A DNA stretch of 64,000 nt from Pseudomonadota bacterium (GCA_039797295.1 JBDKID010000003.1:27502-91501); one strand, 5' to 3'. Shown: positions 12,463 through 25,717, counted from the first letter of the stretch. Made by a program: numbers and translations. Notes: generated by a model not told the origin, from the sequence alone.

Positions 12463-13545
12463 ATGTTGGTATGGTTATTTGAGTTTCTCAGTCAGTTTTA
12501 CAGCGGGTTTAATGTTTTCCAATATTTGACCTTGCGTGGGATTTTAGGCTTATTGACGGCATTATTTATCGCGCTCTGGACGGGGCCGATGATGATTCGC
12601 GCCTTGACAAGATTAAAAATTGGTCAGTATATTCGCGAAGATGGTCCGCAACACCAAATGAAGGCGGGTACGCCAACGATGGGTGGGATCATGATTATTT
12701 TAGCCATTACTATTTCAACCTTGTTATGGGGCGATTTACGCAACCGTTATGTGTGGTTGGTGTTATTGGTAACGCTGGGGTTCGGTTTAGTTGGTGGTTT
12801 AGACGACTACATTAAACTCAAAATGCGCCGGAATCTCGGTTTGACTGCGCGGCAAAAAACCGTGGGTTTAACCATCGTGGGTTTTGCGGCGGCATTTTTC
12901 TTATTTTTCACGGCACAAAGCGCGACAGAAACCACCTTATACTTCCCCATTTTTAAAGATGTTTATTGGAATATGGGCTGGCTATTTATTCCGTGGGTTT
13001 ATTTCGTGCTAATTGGTTCGAGTAATGCGGTTAACCTCACGGATGGTTTGGATGGCTTAGCCATTATGCCCACCATTATGGTGGCGGGTGGTTTGGCGAT
13101 TTTCTGTTATGTCAGTGGTCACGCCACGATTTCGCATTATTTGGCCATGCCACATTTGCCCCACGTTGGTGAAGTCATGGTGTTCTGTGCGGCGATTTTT
13201 GGCGCAGGCTTGGGTTTCTTGTGGTTTAACGCTTACCCTGCGCAAGTTTTTATGGGCGATGTGGGCGCGTTGGCTTTAGGTGCGGCCTTGGGTAGCGTGG
13301 CGATTGTGGTTCGTCAAGAAATCGTCTTAGCCATTATGGGCGGGGTGTTTGTGTTGGAAACACTGTCCGTTATTTTACAAGTGGGTTATTTTAAAATGAC
13401 TGGCGGCAAACGGATTTTCCGTATGGCACCGTTGCATCACCACTATGAAAAAGTGGGTTGGCCTGAGCCAAAAGTCATTGTGCGTTTTTGGATCATTACC
13501 GTCATTTTGGTCATGGTTGGTCTATCAACGCTGAAAATCCGTTAA
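12463..13545 (+). CDS. mraY: Phospho-MurNAc-pentapeptide transferase MraY
   Basis: [40 protein letters not shown]. Confidence 0.98.
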   Translation: MLVWLFEFLSQFYSGFNVFQYLTLRGILGLLTALFIALWTGPMMIRALTRLKIGQYIREDGPQHQMKAGTPTMGGIMIILAITISTLLWGDLRNRYVWLVLLVTLGFGLVGGLDDYIKLKMRRNLGLTARQKTVGLTIVGFAAAFFLFFTAQSATETTLYFPIFKDVYWNMGWLFIPWVYFVLIGSSNAVNLTDGLDGLAIMPTIMVAGGLAIFCYVSGHATISHYLAMPHLPHVGEVMVFCAAIFGAGLGFLWFNAYPAQVFMGDVGALALGAALGSVAIVVRQEIVLAIMGGVFVLETLSVILQVGYFKMTGGKRIFRMAPLHHHYEKVGWPEPKVIVRFWIITVILVMVGLSTLKIR

Positions 13546-13569
13546 TTCCTGAACGTTACTGAGGTGAGC

Positions 13570-14922
13570 ATGGCACAGTTAGATCAAACGATGACATGGA
13601 CAACACTGGTTGTTGGTTTAGGTCAAACGGGTTTGTCGGTTGCACGGTATTTGCGTGGTCAAGGGGTTCGTTTTGCGGTGGTGGATAGCCGAGTGAGTCC
13701 ACCGGGTAAAGATGAATTCCATGCACAATACCCCGATGTGCCTGCTCATTTCGGTGCGTTTGCGCACGTACCTGAATTTTTTGCGCACGCGCAAAGCTTG
13801 GTGGTTAGCCCCGGTATTGCGATTGCTACGCCCGAAATCAAAGCGGCGGGCGAACGTGGGGCGGAATTAATTGGCGACATCGAACTGTTTGTCCGAGCCG
13901 CACAAGCCCCGATCATTGCCATTACGGGTTCTAACGGTAAAAGTACCGTGACAACCTTGGTGGAAGTCATGGCGCAAACCGCAGGCATGACCGCTTACGC
14001 AGGCGGTAATCTGGGTTTCAGCGCGTTGGATTTATTGGAACAGCCCACGCCCGATTTGTACGTCATGGAATTGTCCAGTTTCCAATTGGAAACCACGCAT
14101 TCCTTGCAAGCGGTTGCGGCGGTGGTGCTGAATGTCAGTGAAGATCATTTAGATCGTTATGACTCTTACGCGCATTATGCTGCGTCTAAACAAGTGATTT
14201 ATCAGCATTGCGCTTGTGCTGTGTTGAATCGTGATGATCCGCTGGTGATGGCAATGCCGACGGATACGGCACAATCCGTGGTGAGTTTCGGTTTGGATAC
14301 ACCCGCCGCAGGGCAATACGGGGTGCGTGAACATGCGGGTAAACGTTGGTTAGCCAAAGGCGAGCAATTATTGTTGGCAACCGCTGCAATGAAACTCCCC
14401 GGTGAACATAACGTTGCCAATGCCTTGGCGTGTTTGGCGTTGGGTGAAGCGGCGGGGATTTCCTTGGTGGGAATGCTAGACGCATTACAAACCTTTGGCG
14501 GGCTTGCGCACCGCACACAATGGGTACGCGAACGTTACGGCGTGAATTGGTATAACGATTCCAAAGGCACGAATGTCGGTGCGACTTTAGCCGCATTGGC
14601 GGGTTTGCCCAATAAAACCGTGTTGATTGCGGGTGGTCAAGGGAAAGGGGCGGATTTTTCCCCATTACGGGAAGTTGCTGCCAGTAAAGCCCGCGCCTTG
14701 GTGTTGATCGGCGAAGACCGCGCGAAAATTGCCGCTGTGGTTGAAGGTTATGCGCCGTATGTCTTTGCCGATAGCATGGACGAAGCGGTGGCATTAGCCG
14801 CTGATTTGGCACAAGCAGGGGATAATGTATTGCTGTCACCAGCCTGTGCGAGTTTCGATATGTTCAAAGGTTATGCTCATCGCGGTGATGTGTTCAGTGC
14901 TGCGGTGAAGGAGTTGGCATGA
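13570..14922 (+). CDS. murD: UDP-MurNAc-Ala:D-Glu ligase MurD
   Basis: VVSPGI, ITGSNGKSTV, ELSSFQL, NDSKGTN, LLSPACASFD. Confidence 0.97.
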   Translation: MAQLDQTMTWTTLVVGLGQTGLSVARYLRGQGVRFAVVDSRVSPPGKDEFHAQYPDVPAHFGAFAHVPEFFAHAQSLVVSPGIAIATPEIKAAGERGAELIGDIELFVRAAQAPIIAITGSNGKSTVTTLVEVMAQTAGMTAYAGGNLGFSALDLLEQPTPDLYVMELSSFQLETTHSLQAVAAVVLNVSEDHLDRYDSYAHYAASKQVIYQHCACAVLNRDDPLVMAMPTDTAQSVVSFGLDTPAAGQYGVREHAGKRWLAKGEQLLLATAAMKLPGEHNVANALACLALGEAAGISLVGMLDALQTFGGLAHRTQWVRERYGVNWYNDSKGTNVGATLAALAGLPNKTVLIAGGQGKGADFSPLREVAASKARALVLIGEDRAKIAAVVEGYAPYVFADSMDEAVALAADLAQAGDNVLLSPACASFDMFKGYAHRGDVFSAAVKELA

Positions 14923-16166
14923 CCCCCCCTAACGCTCCGTTACCACTACCCGCCAATCGGTGGGCACGCTACGTGGATCGCGACCTTGTGATTGCATTAC
15001 TAGCATTGATTGGTATTGGTGTGGTGATGCTGGCTTCAGCCTCATTATGGGTGGCAGAAAAACAGTATCAAGATGCTTATTTTTATGTGGATCGGCAATT
15101 GACATTCCTCGGTATCGGGTTGTGTTTAGGTTTGATCATGTACCAAATTCGGCTGGCGTTTTGGGAACAATTGGGTGTGCGTCTGCTGCCTTTTGTGATG
15201 CTCTTGCTGATTCTGGTGTTAATTCCCGGTTTGGGTAGAGAAGTCAATGGCAGTCGGCGTTGGCTAAATCTGATTATCATGCCGGTGCAAGTGTCCGAGC
15301 TTGCTAAGCTCATTATGCTCATGTATTTATCCGGCTATTTAATTCGACACGGTAAAAATTTAGCTGCGTCGCCCTCTTATCAACCATTGTTGATACCACT
15401 GTTAGTTTTAGGTTTAACCGGCGGTTTATTAATGCTAGAACCGGATTTCGGTTCAACTGTGGTAATTATTTCCACGGGCTTAGCCTTGTTATTCCTCGGC
15501 GGTGTGCCATTAAAACGCCTAGGCGTTTTATTAGGTGGTGCGATTTTTATTATGCTGCCTTTAGCTTTTATGGGTTATCGGGGGCGGCGTTTACAGGCAT
15601 TTTGGAATCCGTGGGATTACCAGTCTGACATCGGTTATCAAGTCGTCAATGCGCAAATGGCAATCGGTGATGGTGGTTGGTTTGGTGTTGGTTTGGGTGG
15701 TGGTGTACAAAAACTGTTTTACTTGCCCGAAGCACACAACGATTTCATCTTTTCGGTGATTGCTGAAGAATTTGGTTTTATTGGCATGTTAATCGTCCTG
15801 TGTTTATACGGTTGGTTGGTTGCGCGTGCGTTTGTGATTGGCTTTCAGGCGGATAAAAATGGTCAGCATTATGGGGCTTATTTAGCCTATGGCATTGGCT
15901 TTTGGATCGGATTACAAGTCATTCTGCACATTGGGGTGAATTTGGCGATTGTGCCAAATAAAGGTCTTACTCTCCCTCTAATGAGTTATGGCGGTAGTAG
16001 TTTGATGATGACCTTAATAGCTATGGCACTATTAATGCGTGTGTACCGTGAAACCCAAACCACCCAATTTGGCGTATCAGAACGCAAGGCAACGACCATG
16101 CGTAGTACGCAACAAGCTTTGACAAAACGTACAACAACCATAAGGAGAACTGTGCGTGGTACATGA
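14919..16166 (+). CDS. ftsW: SEDS peptidoglycan glycosyltransferase FtsW
   Basis: NGSRRW, QVSELAK, EPDFG, LPEAHNDFIF, KGLTLPLMSYGGSS. Confidence 0.97.
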   Translation: MTPPNAPLPLPANRWARYVDRDLVIALLALIGIGVVMLASASLWVAEKQYQDAYFYVDRQLTFLGIGLCLGLIMYQIRLAFWEQLGVRLLPFVMLLLILVLIPGLGREVNGSRRWLNLIIMPVQVSELAKLIMLMYLSGYLIRHGKNLAASPSYQPLLIPLLVLGLTGGLLMLEPDFGSTVVIISTGLALLFLGGVPLKRLGVLLGGAIFIMLPLAFMGYRGRRLQAFWNPWDYQSDIGYQVVNAQMAIGDGGWFGVGLGGGVQKLFYLPEAHNDFIFSVIAEEFGFIGMLIVLCLYGWLVARAFVIGFQADKNGQHYGAYLAYGIGFWIGLQVILHIGVNLAIVPNKGLTLPLMSYGGSSLMMTLIAMALLMRVYRETQTTQFGVSERKATTMRSTQQALTKRTTTIRRTVRGT

Positions 16167-17316
16167 TTCCCGTTCCCCCGCAACCGCTGCTACGAATGCA
16201 ACGTTGCAACGCCCAATTATGATTACCGCTGGTGGTACGGGTGGGCATGTTTACCCCGGCTTGGCAGTCGCGCGTGCCTTAATTGCCCAAGGTATTCCCG
16301 TGGTGTGGATGGGAACGCCTAAAGGTTTAGAAGCGCGTGTCATTCCCGAAGCTGGCATTGAAATGGCGTGGTTGGAAGTCAATGGCTTACGCGGTAAAGG
16401 CGTGATGACCACCTTACTCGCGCCGGTGAATTTGCTACGTGCGTTATGGCAATCCGTGCGGATTATGCGGCGTTACCAACCCGCCGCGATTTTAGGTATG
16501 GGTGGGTTTGTTGCGGGTCCCGGTGGTTTGGTTGCCGCCTTAATGGGTAAACCTGTGGTGATTCATGAGCAAAATGCTGTGGCGGGTTTAACCAATAAGC
16601 TGCTGTCGAAAGTGTGTCGGCGCGTGTTGGAAGGTTTCCCCCATACGTTTCCGCCCAGCCCAAAAGTCATGGCAACGGGGAATCCAGTGCGTTTAGACAT
16701 TGCGAATCTCCCTGAACCTGCTGAACGTGCCGCCAGTCGTGCGCAAGAGCCGGTACACGTTTTAGTGGTCGGTGGCAGTTTAGGGGCGCAAGCTTTAAAC
16801 CAGATGGTGCCGCAAGCTTTAGCACAATTGCCGCTTGCACAACGTCCTAGCGTGCGTCATCAAGCGGGTGTGAAAAACATTGACGATGCACGTCAACAAT
16901 ACGCAGCCGCAGGTGTTGAAGCTGAAGTCATGCCGTTTATTGAAGACATGGCGGCGGCGTATGCGTGGGCTGATTTAGTGATTTGCCGTTCAGGGGCGTT
17001 AACCATTGCGGAATTGGCAGCCGCAGGCGTTGCCGCGATTTTAGTGCCATTCCCTCATGCGGTGGATGATCATCAAACCGCGAATGGTGCGTATTTAGCC
17101 GATAATGGTGCTGCATTACTCATGCAGCAGCGCGATTTAACGCCAGAAAAATTGGCGACAGTATTAAGTGATTTGTGTTCCAACCGTGCAAAACTGCAAC
17201 AAATGGGCACGACAGCGCGGCAATTGGCAAAACCTTATGCCACCGCGCAAGTTGCCGCCATTTGTGCAGCGTATGCGGGTTATGACTTTGACAACAAGAC
17301 GGGAAAGCAACAATGA
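16156..17316 (+). CDS. murG: Lipid II GlcNAc transferase MurG
   Basis: [31 protein letters not shown]. Confidence 0.97.
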   Translation: MVHDSRSPATAATNATLQRPIMITAGGTGGHVYPGLAVARALIAQGIPVVWMGTPKGLEARVIPEAGIEMAWLEVNGLRGKGVMTTLLAPVNLLRALWQSVRIMRRYQPAAILGMGGFVAGPGGLVAALMGKPVVIHEQNAVAGLTNKLLSKVCRRVLEGFPHTFPPSPKVMATGNPVRLDIANLPEPAERAASRAQEPVHVLVVGGSLGAQALNQMVPQALAQLPLAQRPSVRHQAGVKNIDDARQQYAAAGVEAEVMPFIEDMAAAYAWADLVICRSGALTIAELAAAGVAAILVPFPHAVDDHQTANGAYLADNGAALLMQQRDLTPEKLATVLSDLCSNRAKLQQMGTTARQLAKPYATAQVAAICAAYAGYDFDNKTGKQQ

Positions 17317-18740
17317 AAATAGGGAGTGACCAACTGGCACGTAAACGCATCAACCGCTTGCATTTTATTGGCATCGGTGGTGCGGGTATGGGCGGTATTG
17401 CCGAAGTGGTTGCCAATTTAGGCTACACAGTATCCGGTTCAGATTTAGCCGAAAACACCATGACGCGGCGTTTACAGTCATTGGGTGTGACGATCTACAA
17501 AGGTCACGCCACGGAAAATGTCATGGGTGCGGATGTGGTCGTGGTGTCGACGGCGATTGACAATGCCAATCCTGAAATCATGCAAGCCCGCGAATTGCGC
17601 CTGCCGATTGTACGTCGTGCGGAAATGCTCGCGGAGTTAATGCGCTTCCGTCACGGTATTGCTGTTGCGGGTACGCACGGTAAAACCACGACCACCAGTT
17701 TAACCACCAGCTTGTTGGTGGAAGGTGGTTTAGACCCGACTTATGTTATTGGTGGCAAGCTCAATAGTTCAGCAAGTAATTCCAAACTTGGTGCGGGCGA
17801 ATACTTGGTGGCAGAAGCCGATGAAAGCGATGCCTCTTTCCTGCATTTGCAGCCGATGATTGCCGTGGTGACGAATATCGACGCGGATCACATGGATACT
17901 TACGGCGGCGATTTTGAACGTTTGAAGCAAACATTTGTCGAATTCTTACACCACCTGCCGTTTTATGGCTTGGCGGTGTTGTGTGTCGATGATGAACATG
18001 TGCGTGAAATCCTGCCGGAAGTGAATCGTCCGATCATTACTTATGGCATTGATCAAGAAGCCGATGTGCGTGCCACCAATGTGCGTTATGTGGGGACACA
18101 AAGTTTGTTTACCGTCGAATGTGCGCGTAGTGGACGCAAACTCGACGTGGTATTGAACTTGCCCGGTCGCCATAATGTGCTGAATTCCTTGGCTTCCTTG
18201 GCAATCGCAGCGGAATTGGATGTGTCTGACGATGCGATTTTAGCGGGTTTACGCAAGTTCGATGGTGTCGGTCGCCGTTTCCAAATGTACGGTGACATTG
18301 ATTTCGGCAAAGGCAAAGCAACGTTAGTGGACGACTACGGACATCACCCGCGTGAAATGCAAGCGACCCTCAATGCGGTGCGTAATGCATGGCCTGAACG
18401 CCGTTTAGTATTGGTATTCCAGCCGCATCGCTACACGCGCACCCGTGATTTGTTTGAAGATTTCGCGCAAGTATTGTCTGAAACCGACGTTTTGGTGTTG
18501 ATGGATGTGTATGCCGCTAGCGAAAAACCGATTCCGGGGGCCGATGGTCGTGCCTTAGCGCGTGCGATTCGCATTCGTGGGCGTGTTGACCCAATTTTTG
18601 CGGCGGATGTGGAAGATGTGCCCGGTATCTTGAAACACATTCTGCAAGACGGCGATGTCATCCTGACCCAAGGTGCGGGAAGCGTGGGGGCATTAGCCAT
18701 GAGTTTGCCAGAAGCATTGACGGTTAAATTGGAAGGCTGA
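17313..18740 (+). CDS. murC: UDP-MurNAc:L-Ala ligase MurC
   Basis: [40 protein letters not shown]. Confidence 0.98.
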   Translation: MKIGSDQLARKRINRLHFIGIGGAGMGGIAEVVANLGYTVSGSDLAENTMTRRLQSLGVTIYKGHATENVMGADVVVVSTAIDNANPEIMQARELRLPIVRRAEMLAELMRFRHGIAVAGTHGKTTTTSLTTSLLVEGGLDPTYVIGGKLNSSASNSKLGAGEYLVAEADESDASFLHLQPMIAVVTNIDADHMDTYGGDFERLKQTFVEFLHHLPFYGLAVLCVDDEHVREILPEVNRPIITYGIDQEADVRATNVRYVGTQSLFTVECARSGRKLDVVLNLPGRHNVLNSLASLAIAAELDVSDDAILAGLRKFDGVGRRFQMYGDIDFGKGKATLVDDYGHHPREMQATLNAVRNAWPERRLVLVFQPHRYTRTRDLFEDFAQVLSETDVLVLMDVYAASEKPIPGADGRALARAIRIRGRVDPIFAADVEDVPGILKHILQDGDVILTQGAGSVGALAMSLPEALTVKLEG

Positions 18741-18752
18741 GGGAGAGCGTGC

Positions 18753-19673
18753 ATGAGTGTTGACGTAAAACAATTCGGTAAAGTCGCGGTTTTGTACGGT
18801 GGTTGGTCAGCCGAGCGTCCGGTTTCTTTAAAAAGCGGTGCGGCGGTTTTAAAAGCCTTGCAAGAAAGCGGGGTGGATGCTCACGGCATTGATGTGGATC
18901 GTCACATTATTCAAACCCTGCAAGCAGGGCAGTTTGAGCGCGTGTTTAATATTTTGCACGGTGCGGGTGGGGAAGATGGCGTTATTCAAGGTGCGCTGGA
19001 AATCCTCGGTTTACCGTACACTGGCTGTGGCGTGATGGCCTCCGCGATTAGCATGGATAAGCTCATGACGAAACGGGTGTGGTTGGGGGCGGGTTTACCG
19101 ACTCCGGCTTATCGCGTGTTAACAGCCGATACGGATTTTAATGCCGTTATTGCGGAGCTGGGGCTGCCATTAATGATTAAACCTTCAACAGAAGGTTCGA
19201 GTATTGGATTAAGTAAGGTTAAATCTGCGGAAGATTTGCCCCAAGCCTATGCCAAAGCCGCACAATGCAGTAAAACTGTCATTGCAGAACAATGGGTTGT
19301 CGGCAGTGAGTACACGGCGGGTATTGTTGCAGGTGAATCTTTGCCTCTAATTCGGCTCGAAGTATCCGGTGAGTTTTATGATTATGAGGCAAAATACCTG
19401 CGTGATGACACGCGTTACCATTGTCCCTGTGGTTTAGCCCCAACCGATGAACAAGCCATGCAAATGCTTGCCCAACAAGCCTTTGACGCGGTGGGTGGAC
19501 GTGGTTGGGGGCGTGTCGATATGATGCGCGATGCTGCTGGTAAGGCTTGGCTGATTGAAGTGAATACAAACCCCGGTATGACCGATCACAGCTTAGTGCC
19601 AATGGGTGCGCGCGCCCTAGGTTTAGATTTTAACGCACTGGTATTACGTATTCTGGAGACTACGTTGTCATGA
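18753..19673 (+). CDS. ddl: D-Ala-D-Ala ligase
   Basis: [35 protein letters not shown]. Confidence 0.96.
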   Translation: MSVDVKQFGKVAVLYGGWSAERPVSLKSGAAVLKALQESGVDAHGIDVDRHIIQTLQAGQFERVFNILHGAGGEDGVIQGALEILGLPYTGCGVMASAISMDKLMTKRVWLGAGLPTPAYRVLTADTDFNAVIAELGLPLMIKPSTEGSSIGLSKVKSAEDLPQAYAKAAQCSKTVIAEQWVVGSEYTAGIVAGESLPLIRLEVSGEFYDYEAKYLRDDTRYHCPCGLAPTDEQAMQMLAQQAFDAVGGRGWGRVDMMRDAAGKAWLIEVNTNPGMTDHSLVPMGARALGLDFNALVLRILETTLS

Positions 19674-20476
19674 CTCCGCGTCGTCGACCCACATCGCAAA
19701 AACGCCCACAACAGCCGTGGCAGATACCGGAATTGACTCCGGCAATGTTGCGCCTTGCGACCGTAGGGGCGTTGTGTTTGGTGGTGCTCGGCGGGTTCAT
19801 GTTTGGACGTGCCATGTTAAATAATCCCGAAAACATGCGCATTAGTCAGATTGATATACAAGGTAGTCTACAATACGTCAAAGATACGGAGTTAAGAAAG
19901 GTCATTGAAAAATATACCCAAACTAATCTGTATTTATTGGATGACAATGCACTGGAAGCAGATTTGGAATTACAGCCGTGGGTACGTTCCATTAGTTTGC
20001 GTAAGTTATGGCCTACGCGCTTGGTAGTGGAAGTGGAAGAACAGTATCCCATTGCTTTTTGGGGTACTGATCGTTTGATGAATCAATACGGTGAGTTGTT
20101 TCAAGCCGATCTCCCAACCAAACGTGGTATCTTTCCTCTGCTGTATAGCCCTGAAGATAAGGGGCATGAAATGGGGGAGCGTTACTTAAAAGTTCGGGAC
20201 TGGTTAAAAGGATTGCCGCTCGAAATTGCTGAGTTGACGGAAGACGAAAGCAATTCGTGGCGTGTCAAGATTAAAAACGGCCCCGAAATTTTGGTTGGCA
20301 ATGATGATCAGGAACGCCGCATCCAGCGGTTTAAGGTTGGGTTTCAGCAAGAACTGGCCAGTAAGTTTAGCAATATTCGGCGAATTGATTTGCGTTATAC
20401 CAATGGTTTTGCCGTTGAATGGAAGCAATCGTCAGTTAGCCAGCAAGGTATTGTGAGCGAAAGCCGCAGGAGTTAA
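19670..20476 (+). CDS. ftsQ: Cell division protein FtsQ
   Basis: TM, POTRA (LELQPWV...RKLWP), [11 protein letters not shown]. Confidence 0.93.
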   Translation: MTPRRRPTSQKRPQQPWQIPELTPAMLRLATVGALCLVVLGGFMFGRAMLNNPENMRISQIDIQGSLQYVKDTELRKVIEKYTQTNLYLLDDNALEADLELQPWVRSISLRKLWPTRLVVEVEEQYPIAFWGTDRLMNQYGELFQADLPTKRGIFPLLYSPEDKGHEMGERYLKVRDWLKGLPLEIAELTEDESNSWRVKIKNGPEILVGNDDQERRIQRFKVGFQQELASKFSNIRRIDLRYTNGFAVEWKQSSVSQQGIVSESRRS

Positions 20477-20478
20477 CG

Positions 20479-21726
20479 ATGTCAAAGAAAACGGATCATA
20501 ATGTCATTGTTGCACTGGATTTAGGCACATCCAAAGTGGTGGCTTTAGTCGGTGAGATCAATGATAGTGGACGTCTGGAAATCATCGGGTTGGGTTCATA
20601 CCCGTCAAGAGGTATGAAAAAAGGTGTTGTTGTGAATATTGAATCCACGATTCAATCGATTCAACGCGCCGTCGAAGAAGCCGAGTTAATGGCGGGATCA
20701 CAAATTCGTTCCGTTTACGTGGGCATTGCTGGCAGTCATGTGCGTAGTTTGAATTCCCACGGGATTGTGGCAATTAAAGACAAAGAAGTAACGGATAATG
20801 ACGTTGAGCGGGTCATGGATGCGGCGCGGGCGGTGGCAATTCCGGCCGACCAGCGCATTTTGCACGTTTTGCCACAAGAATACGTGATTGACCAACAAGA
20901 AGGGATTCGCGAGCCAGTTGGAATGTCCGGGGTACGTTTAGAAGCGCGGGTGCATTTAGTCACCGCTGCTCACAGTGCCGCACAAAATCTGGTGAAGTGC
21001 GTTGAACGTTGCGGTTTAAATGTTGAAGATATTATCCTAGAGCAAGTTGCATCCAGTTATGCAGTATTAGAAGAAGATGAAAAGGAATTGGGTGTATGCT
21101 TAGTGGATATCGGTGGTGGCACAAGTGATATTGCTATCTTCATTAATGGCTCTATTCATCACACTGCCGTGATTCCGATTGCAGGTGATCAGGTGACAAA
21201 TGACATTGCGGTTGCGGTCAGAACCCCGACTCAACACGCAGAAGAGATCAAAATCAAATACGGAAAGGCATTACGCCAGTTGGTGGTTGAGGATGATCTC
21301 ATTGAAGTTCCGGGTGTTGGTGAGCGTGAGCCACGTAGTTTGTCCGTGCAAACATTGGCATCCGTTATCGAACCCCGTTATGAAGAGCTGTTTTCACTGG
21401 TATTGCAAGAGTTACGCCGCAGCGGTTACGAGGAACGTATCGGTGCGGGCATTGTATTAACAGGTGGTTCTTCCAAAATGAAAGGTGTGCGCGAGTTGGC
21501 TGAAGAAGTGTTCCATATGCCGGTACGCATTGGTATGCCCCGGAATATTGGCGGTTTGCGCGGCGAAGTTGAAAACCCTATCCATTCCACTGGGGTAGGG
21601 CTGCTGCTGTATGGGATTGCACAGCAGGCTTACGGGGCCAGGCGCACTTATTATACCACGACCCCCAATGATGCGTCCGAAGGGTGGTGGGCGCAGTTGA
21701 AGTCCTGGTTTAACGGTAATTTTTGA
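20479..21726 (+). CDS. ftsA: Cell division protein FtsA
   Basis: [24 protein letters not shown]-terminal amphipathic WWAQLKSWF. Confidence 0.97.
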   Translation: MSKKTDHNVIVALDLGTSKVVALVGEINDSGRLEIIGLGSYPSRGMKKGVVVNIESTIQSIQRAVEEAELMAGSQIRSVYVGIAGSHVRSLNSHGIVAIKDKEVTDNDVERVMDAARAVAIPADQRILHVLPQEYVIDQQEGIREPVGMSGVRLEARVHLVTAAHSAAQNLVKCVERCGLNVEDIILEQVASSYAVLEEDEKELGVCLVDIGGGTSDIAIFINGSIHHTAVIPIAGDQVTNDIAVAVRTPTQHAEEIKIKYGKALRQLVVEDDLIEVPGVGEREPRSLSVQTLASVIEPRYEELFSLVLQELRRSGYEERIGAGIVLTGGSSKMKGVRELAEEVFHMPVRIGMPRNIGGLRGEVENPIHSTGVGLLLYGIAQQAYGARRTYYTTTPNDASEGWWAQLKSWFNGNF

Positions 21727-21743
21727 CAGTTGGAGAGACGGGC

Positions 21744-22946
21744 ATGTTTGAATTAATGGACAGTGCAGCCAAAGGGGCTGTCATCAAGGTCATCGGTGTC
21801 GGTGGCGGTGGCGGTAATGCCGTCAAAAATATGTTGGAATCTGGCATTGAAGGTGTTGAATACATCTGTGCCAATACGGATGCGCAAGCTTTGCAGGGTA
21901 TGGGTGTCAGAACCATGCTGCAATTGGGCAGCTCTCTCACTAAAGGTTTGGGTGCTGGCGCAAACCCAGAAATTGGGCGTGAGGCTGCTTTAGAAGACCG
22001 CGAGCGTATTAAAGAATTGGTTAGTGGTACTGACATGTTGTTCATTACTGCGGGCATGGGGGGCGGTACAGGGACAGGTGCAGCACCCGTGGTTGCAGAA
22101 ATTGCAAGGGACATGGGGATTTTGACTGTCGCTGTTGTGACTAAGCCTTTCCCTTTTGAAGGCCCTAAACGCATGAAAGCGGCGGATACTGGTATTGCTG
22201 AGTTGAGCAAATACGTGGATTCCCTGATTACCATCCCTAACCAAAAGCTGCTGACTTCGTTGGGTAAAAACGTGTCATTACTGGATGCTTTCAAAGCAGC
22301 CAATAATGTGTTGCTGAATGCGGTACAGGGCATTGCTGAACTCATTACTCGCCCCGGTTTGATCAACGTTGACTTCGCTGACGTGCGCACGGTTATGTCT
22401 GGCATGGGTGTTGCAATGATGGGGATGGGCAAAGCGCAAGGTGAAGACCGTGCTGCCAAAGCTGCTCAAGCAGCGATTTCCAGCCCTTTGTTGGAAGACA
22501 TTTGTTTGGATGGGGCGAAAGGGATTCTGGTTAATATCACCGCCGGTTTAGACATGGGTATCCATGAGTTTGAGGAAGTGGGTGAAGTGGTACGCCAGTT
22601 CGCATCGCCGGATGCAACGGTTGTGGTTGGTACGGTTATTGACCCAGAAATGCGCGATGAAATTCGTGTCACCTTGGTTGCAACCGGTCTGGAAGAAATG
22701 GGCATGGTGAGTTCTGCCCCGCCTACTGCACCACTGCGTGCGGTTGAGCCGGTGCAATCCAAAGCATCTCGTGAAAAAGAGCGGGTTCGTCAGCTTCAGC
22801 CGGTACAATTGGAACCAATGCCAAAAGTATCGGTCGGAAAGGGTAGTCGCTACGAAAATGTGTTGGATGTGCCACCGATTTACCGTCAGGGGGTAGCAGA
22901 AGGTAACTTGGATATTCCAGCATTTTTGCGTAAACAGGCGGATTAG
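21744..22946 (+). CDS. ftsZ: Cell division protein FtsZ
   Basis: [27 protein letters not shown]-terminal [12 protein letters not shown]; SD GGAGAG before ATG 21744. Confidence 0.98.
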   Translation: MFELMDSAAKGAVIKVIGVGGGGGNAVKNMLESGIEGVEYICANTDAQALQGMGVRTMLQLGSSLTKGLGAGANPEIGREAALEDRERIKELVSGTDMLFITAGMGGGTGTGAAPVVAEIARDMGILTVAVVTKPFPFEGPKRMKAADTGIAELSKYVDSLITIPNQKLLTSLGKNVSLLDAFKAANNVLLNAVQGIAELITRPGLINVDFADVRTVMSGMGVAMMGMGKAQGEDRAAKAAQAAISSPLLEDICLDGAKGILVNITAGLDMGIHEFEEVGEVVRQFASPDATVVVGTVIDPEMRDEIRVTLVATGLEEMGMVSSAPPTAPLRAVEPVQSKASREKERVRQLQPVQLEPMPKVSVGKGSRYENVLDVPPIYRQGVAEGNLDIPAFLRKQAD

Positions 22947-23178
22947 CTTCAACTTATTGTATTTGTTCGTTATGCCCGTCTAGCGGTTAAAGTTTAATCT
23001 TTGGCCGCTATAAAATTCGCCTATTTCGCATAATTAAATGAAAGTCAATTGCCATAAATAGATTTTCAAGTGATTTTTCGTGGCTGGACTAAAGTTTTAT
23101 TCAGATTCTAATTAGCAAAATCCATTAGAATTTGCCCACTGTAAAAAAGTGATAAGCCAGAACGAAAAGGGGGACACC

Positions 23179-24096
23179 TTGTTAAGGCAACGAACACTCA
23201 AAGCAACCGTATCCACTGTAGGTATCGGTTTGCATTCGGGTAAAAAGGTAGCAATGACCTTGCGCCCAGCACCATCTAATACCGGTATTGTTTTTCGCCG
23301 CGTAGACATGTCACCACCTGCTTTACTGGAATTGCACCCAGAACGTGTTGGGGATACTTTGTTGTGCACGGCTTTAATCGATGGCAATACGAAGGTTGCC
23401 ACGGTTGAGCATCTGTTGTCGGCTTTGGCAGGTTTAGGTATCGATAACCTGTACATTGACCTTGATGCACCAGAAATCCCTATTATGGATGGGAGTGCTG
23501 CACCATTCTTGTACCTATTGCTGTCAACGGGTATTGAGGAACTGAAAGCACCTAAGCGTTTCATTCGTATCAAAAAGCCCATTGAAGCTCGCAAAGGTGA
23601 AGGGTGGGCGCGGTTATTACCTTATGACGGTTTTAAGGCGAGTTTTGAGATTGCCTTTAATCATCCGGCGGTGAACGCCACCATGCAGACCATTGAGATC
23701 GATTTTTCGCGTCAAGCGTATGCCAGCGAAATTGCCCGTGCGCGTACTTTCGGCTTTATGCGAGATGTGGAACTACTGCGTTCACGTAACCTTGGATTAG
23801 GCGGTAGTTTGGAAAACGCCATTGTGTTGGATGAATACCGTGTGTTGAACCAAGAAGGTTTGCGCTATAACGATGAATTTATCCGCCATAAAATTTTAGA
23901 TGCTATCGGCGACTTATACACATTAGGACACGGTATTATTGGCGCATTTCATGGCTACAAAGCAGGTCATGCGATTAATAATTTATTGGTACGTGAATTA
24001 TTGCAACAACGCGAAGCATGGGAAATGGTGACATTGGATGACGATCAGCGCGAGCAAGTCATCTTTATCGATAATTATGCGTTTGTTGGTCTCTAA
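23179..24096 (+). CDS. lpxC: UDP-3-O-acyl-GlcNAc deacetylase LpxC
   Basis: [39 protein letters not shown]; TTG start 23179. Confidence 0.97.
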   Translation: MLRQRTLKATVSTVGIGLHSGKKVAMTLRPAPSNTGIVFRRVDMSPPALLELHPERVGDTLLCTALIDGNTKVATVEHLLSALAGLGIDNLYIDLDAPEIPIMDGSAAPFLYLLLSTGIEELKAPKRFIRIKKPIEARKGEGWARLLPYDGFKASFEIAFNHPAVNATMQTIEIDFSRQAYASEIARARTFGFMRDVELLRSRNLGLGGSLENAIVLDEYRVLNQEGLRYNDEFIRHKILDAIGDLYTLGHGIIGAFHGYKAGHAINNLLVRELLQQREAWEMVTLDDDQREQVIFIDNYAFVGL

Positions 24097-24099
24097 GGT

Positions 24100-24525
24100 T
24101 TAAGCTAATCGCGAAGGTTGGGAGGCGGTTTGTGCTAATTGTACGACTGCCTCGCGCAGTTCAGGGTCATCAATGCTCTGGGCGATGCTACACATCACAT
24201 TAGCGGCATCATGAGAAAAACTAAAGCCGCTTGTTTTTTGCTCGAACCTTGCCAACGGTAGGCTAATCACTTTAATATCAACAGCGCGGATTTTTACATC
24301 TAAGTGTTTGTTTATGTATCTACATAACGTGATGTGCTGAAAGCGTAAGTGTGTTGCAAGGTGCGCATCGTCGGTCAGGAGTGTCAGGCGTTGGTTTTTT
24401 AGTGTGAGCCAAAGCCGGTTTTCGAGAGGGATATTTAAAAATTGCTCAATCAATGTTATCACAGCGTCTGTGCGTTGCAGCCTATCCGTCAGATCACGCT
24501 GAATCAAGCGGTTAATTTTTTTCAT
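24100..24525 (-). CDS. DciA/DUF721-like protein
   Basis: Antisense between lpxC and the M23 gene, the usual DUF721 position; LTLLTDDAHLATHLRFQ and SIDDPELREAVVQLA resemble the family; divergent. Confidence 0.65.
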   Translation of the reverse strand: MKKINRLIQRDLTDRLQRTDAVITLIEQFLNIPLENRLWLTLKNQRLTLLTDDAHLATHLRFQHITLCRYINKHLDVKIRAVDIKVISLPLARFEQKTSGFSFSHDAANVMCSIAQSIDDPELREAVVQLAQTASQPSRLA

Positions 24526-24609
24526 GCCCGTGTTAATCCTTTCGATGTCAGCGCAGGCTTTGCCCGTCATGCGCGTTGAGTCGGAACAGAACCCCCAGGA
24601 ATTCGTACC

Positions 24610-25563
24610 ATGAAGGTCATATGTCTGAGCGACGATGGTTCACGTCGCGCGTCGTTTAATCTCCATCCGTGGAAGCATCTCATTATTCCCGCCAGTTTGA
24701 TTGCCTTGTTGCTGGTTGGTTTATCCATTAACCAAATGCTTGGTTTATACCAATTGGATGCGACACCACAACAGAATACCGCTTTATCCGAAGCTGAGGC
24801 GGGTAAAATTATCTCAGCTATCGACCAGCAAATTTCCACGGTCGATCAAATCAAGAAAGCCTATGCCAATTACACGGTGGATGTCGATACCCTTTCGACT
24901 CGTTTGGGCACACTAGAAGCCGAAATCGCTCGTCTGAATGCCTTGGCAAAACGTGTTGCTAATAAAGCTAAGCTTGACCCGAATGAATTTTCGCTGGATG
25001 AAAAGCCAGCGCGTGGTGGGGTTGATCCTGAAGTGTTGCATGAACAACCGTCATCAACAGCTTTACTGTCTGCATTTCAATCCGCTGAAGATCATGTTGA
25101 ACGCCAAAAAGGTGCGTTAGCAACCCTAGAAAAAATTCTGGAAGGCATTACTTTACAAGAAGAAGTTTTGCCGTCTGCGCGTCCAGTACATGCAGGCTAT
25201 GTTTCCTCTGAATTCGGGTTTCGGCGAGACCCTTTCAATGGCAGCGTGCGTATGCACAAAGGCATTGATTTTGCCGCACCGATTGGCACAGAAATCTATG
25301 CCGTTGGCGGTGGTGTGGTGTCTTTTGCTGGCGAGAAATCTGGTTATGGCACTGCGGTTGAAGTTGATCACGGCGATGGCTTAGTTAGCCGCTATGGTCA
25401 CTTAAGTGCCGCAAAAGCGACGGAGGGGCAAGTCGTGAAAAAAGGTGATTTAGTCGCATTAGTGGGAAATACGGGACGTTCTACCGGACCGCATTTGCAC
25501 CTAGAGGTATTGAAAAATGGGGAACAACTTGACCCACGCGAGTACCTCGGCTACGCAGAATAA
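24610..25563 (+). CDS. M23 family metallopeptidase
   Basis: TM plus coiled coil; HKGID, YGH, STGPHLH. Confidence 0.93.
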   Translation: MKVICLSDDGSRRASFNLHPWKHLIIPASLIALLLVGLSINQMLGLYQLDATPQQNTALSEAEAGKIISAIDQQISTVDQIKKAYANYTVDVDTLSTRLGTLEAEIARLNALAKRVANKAKLDPNEFSLDEKPARGGVDPEVLHEQPSSTALLSAFQSAEDHVERQKGALATLEKILEGITLQEEVLPSARPVHAGYVSSEFGFRRDPFNGSVRMHKGIDFAAPIGTEIYAVGGGVVSFAGEKSGYGTAVEVDHGDGLVSRYGHLSAAKATEGQVVKKGDLVALVGNTGRSTGPHLHLEVLKNGEQLDPREYLGYAE

Positions 25564-25717
25564 TGAAAAAATGGTAATGGTGGCGTTTTCTAAAAATTCA
25601 CCGTACAGCCAGTTATTCCATATATAATACAATCGCATCGTCCGGTGTCGTGATAGGGTAGCCTATTATTACAGCCGGATTTTTTCTGTTTGGAATGGAT
25701 ACAAGAGAGAAAAACAT

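Noticed and set aside
18740-18753. No murB between murC and ddl
   Set aside because: Normal for many gammaproteobacteria.
14186-22459. Long antisense ORFs such as 14186-14839 and 21710-22459
   Set aside because: They lie opposite conserved murD and ftsZ, with no motifs or independent signals.
25564-25717. secM-like leader before secA
   Set aside because: No suitable ORF or arrest motif; secM is largely restricted to enterobacteria.
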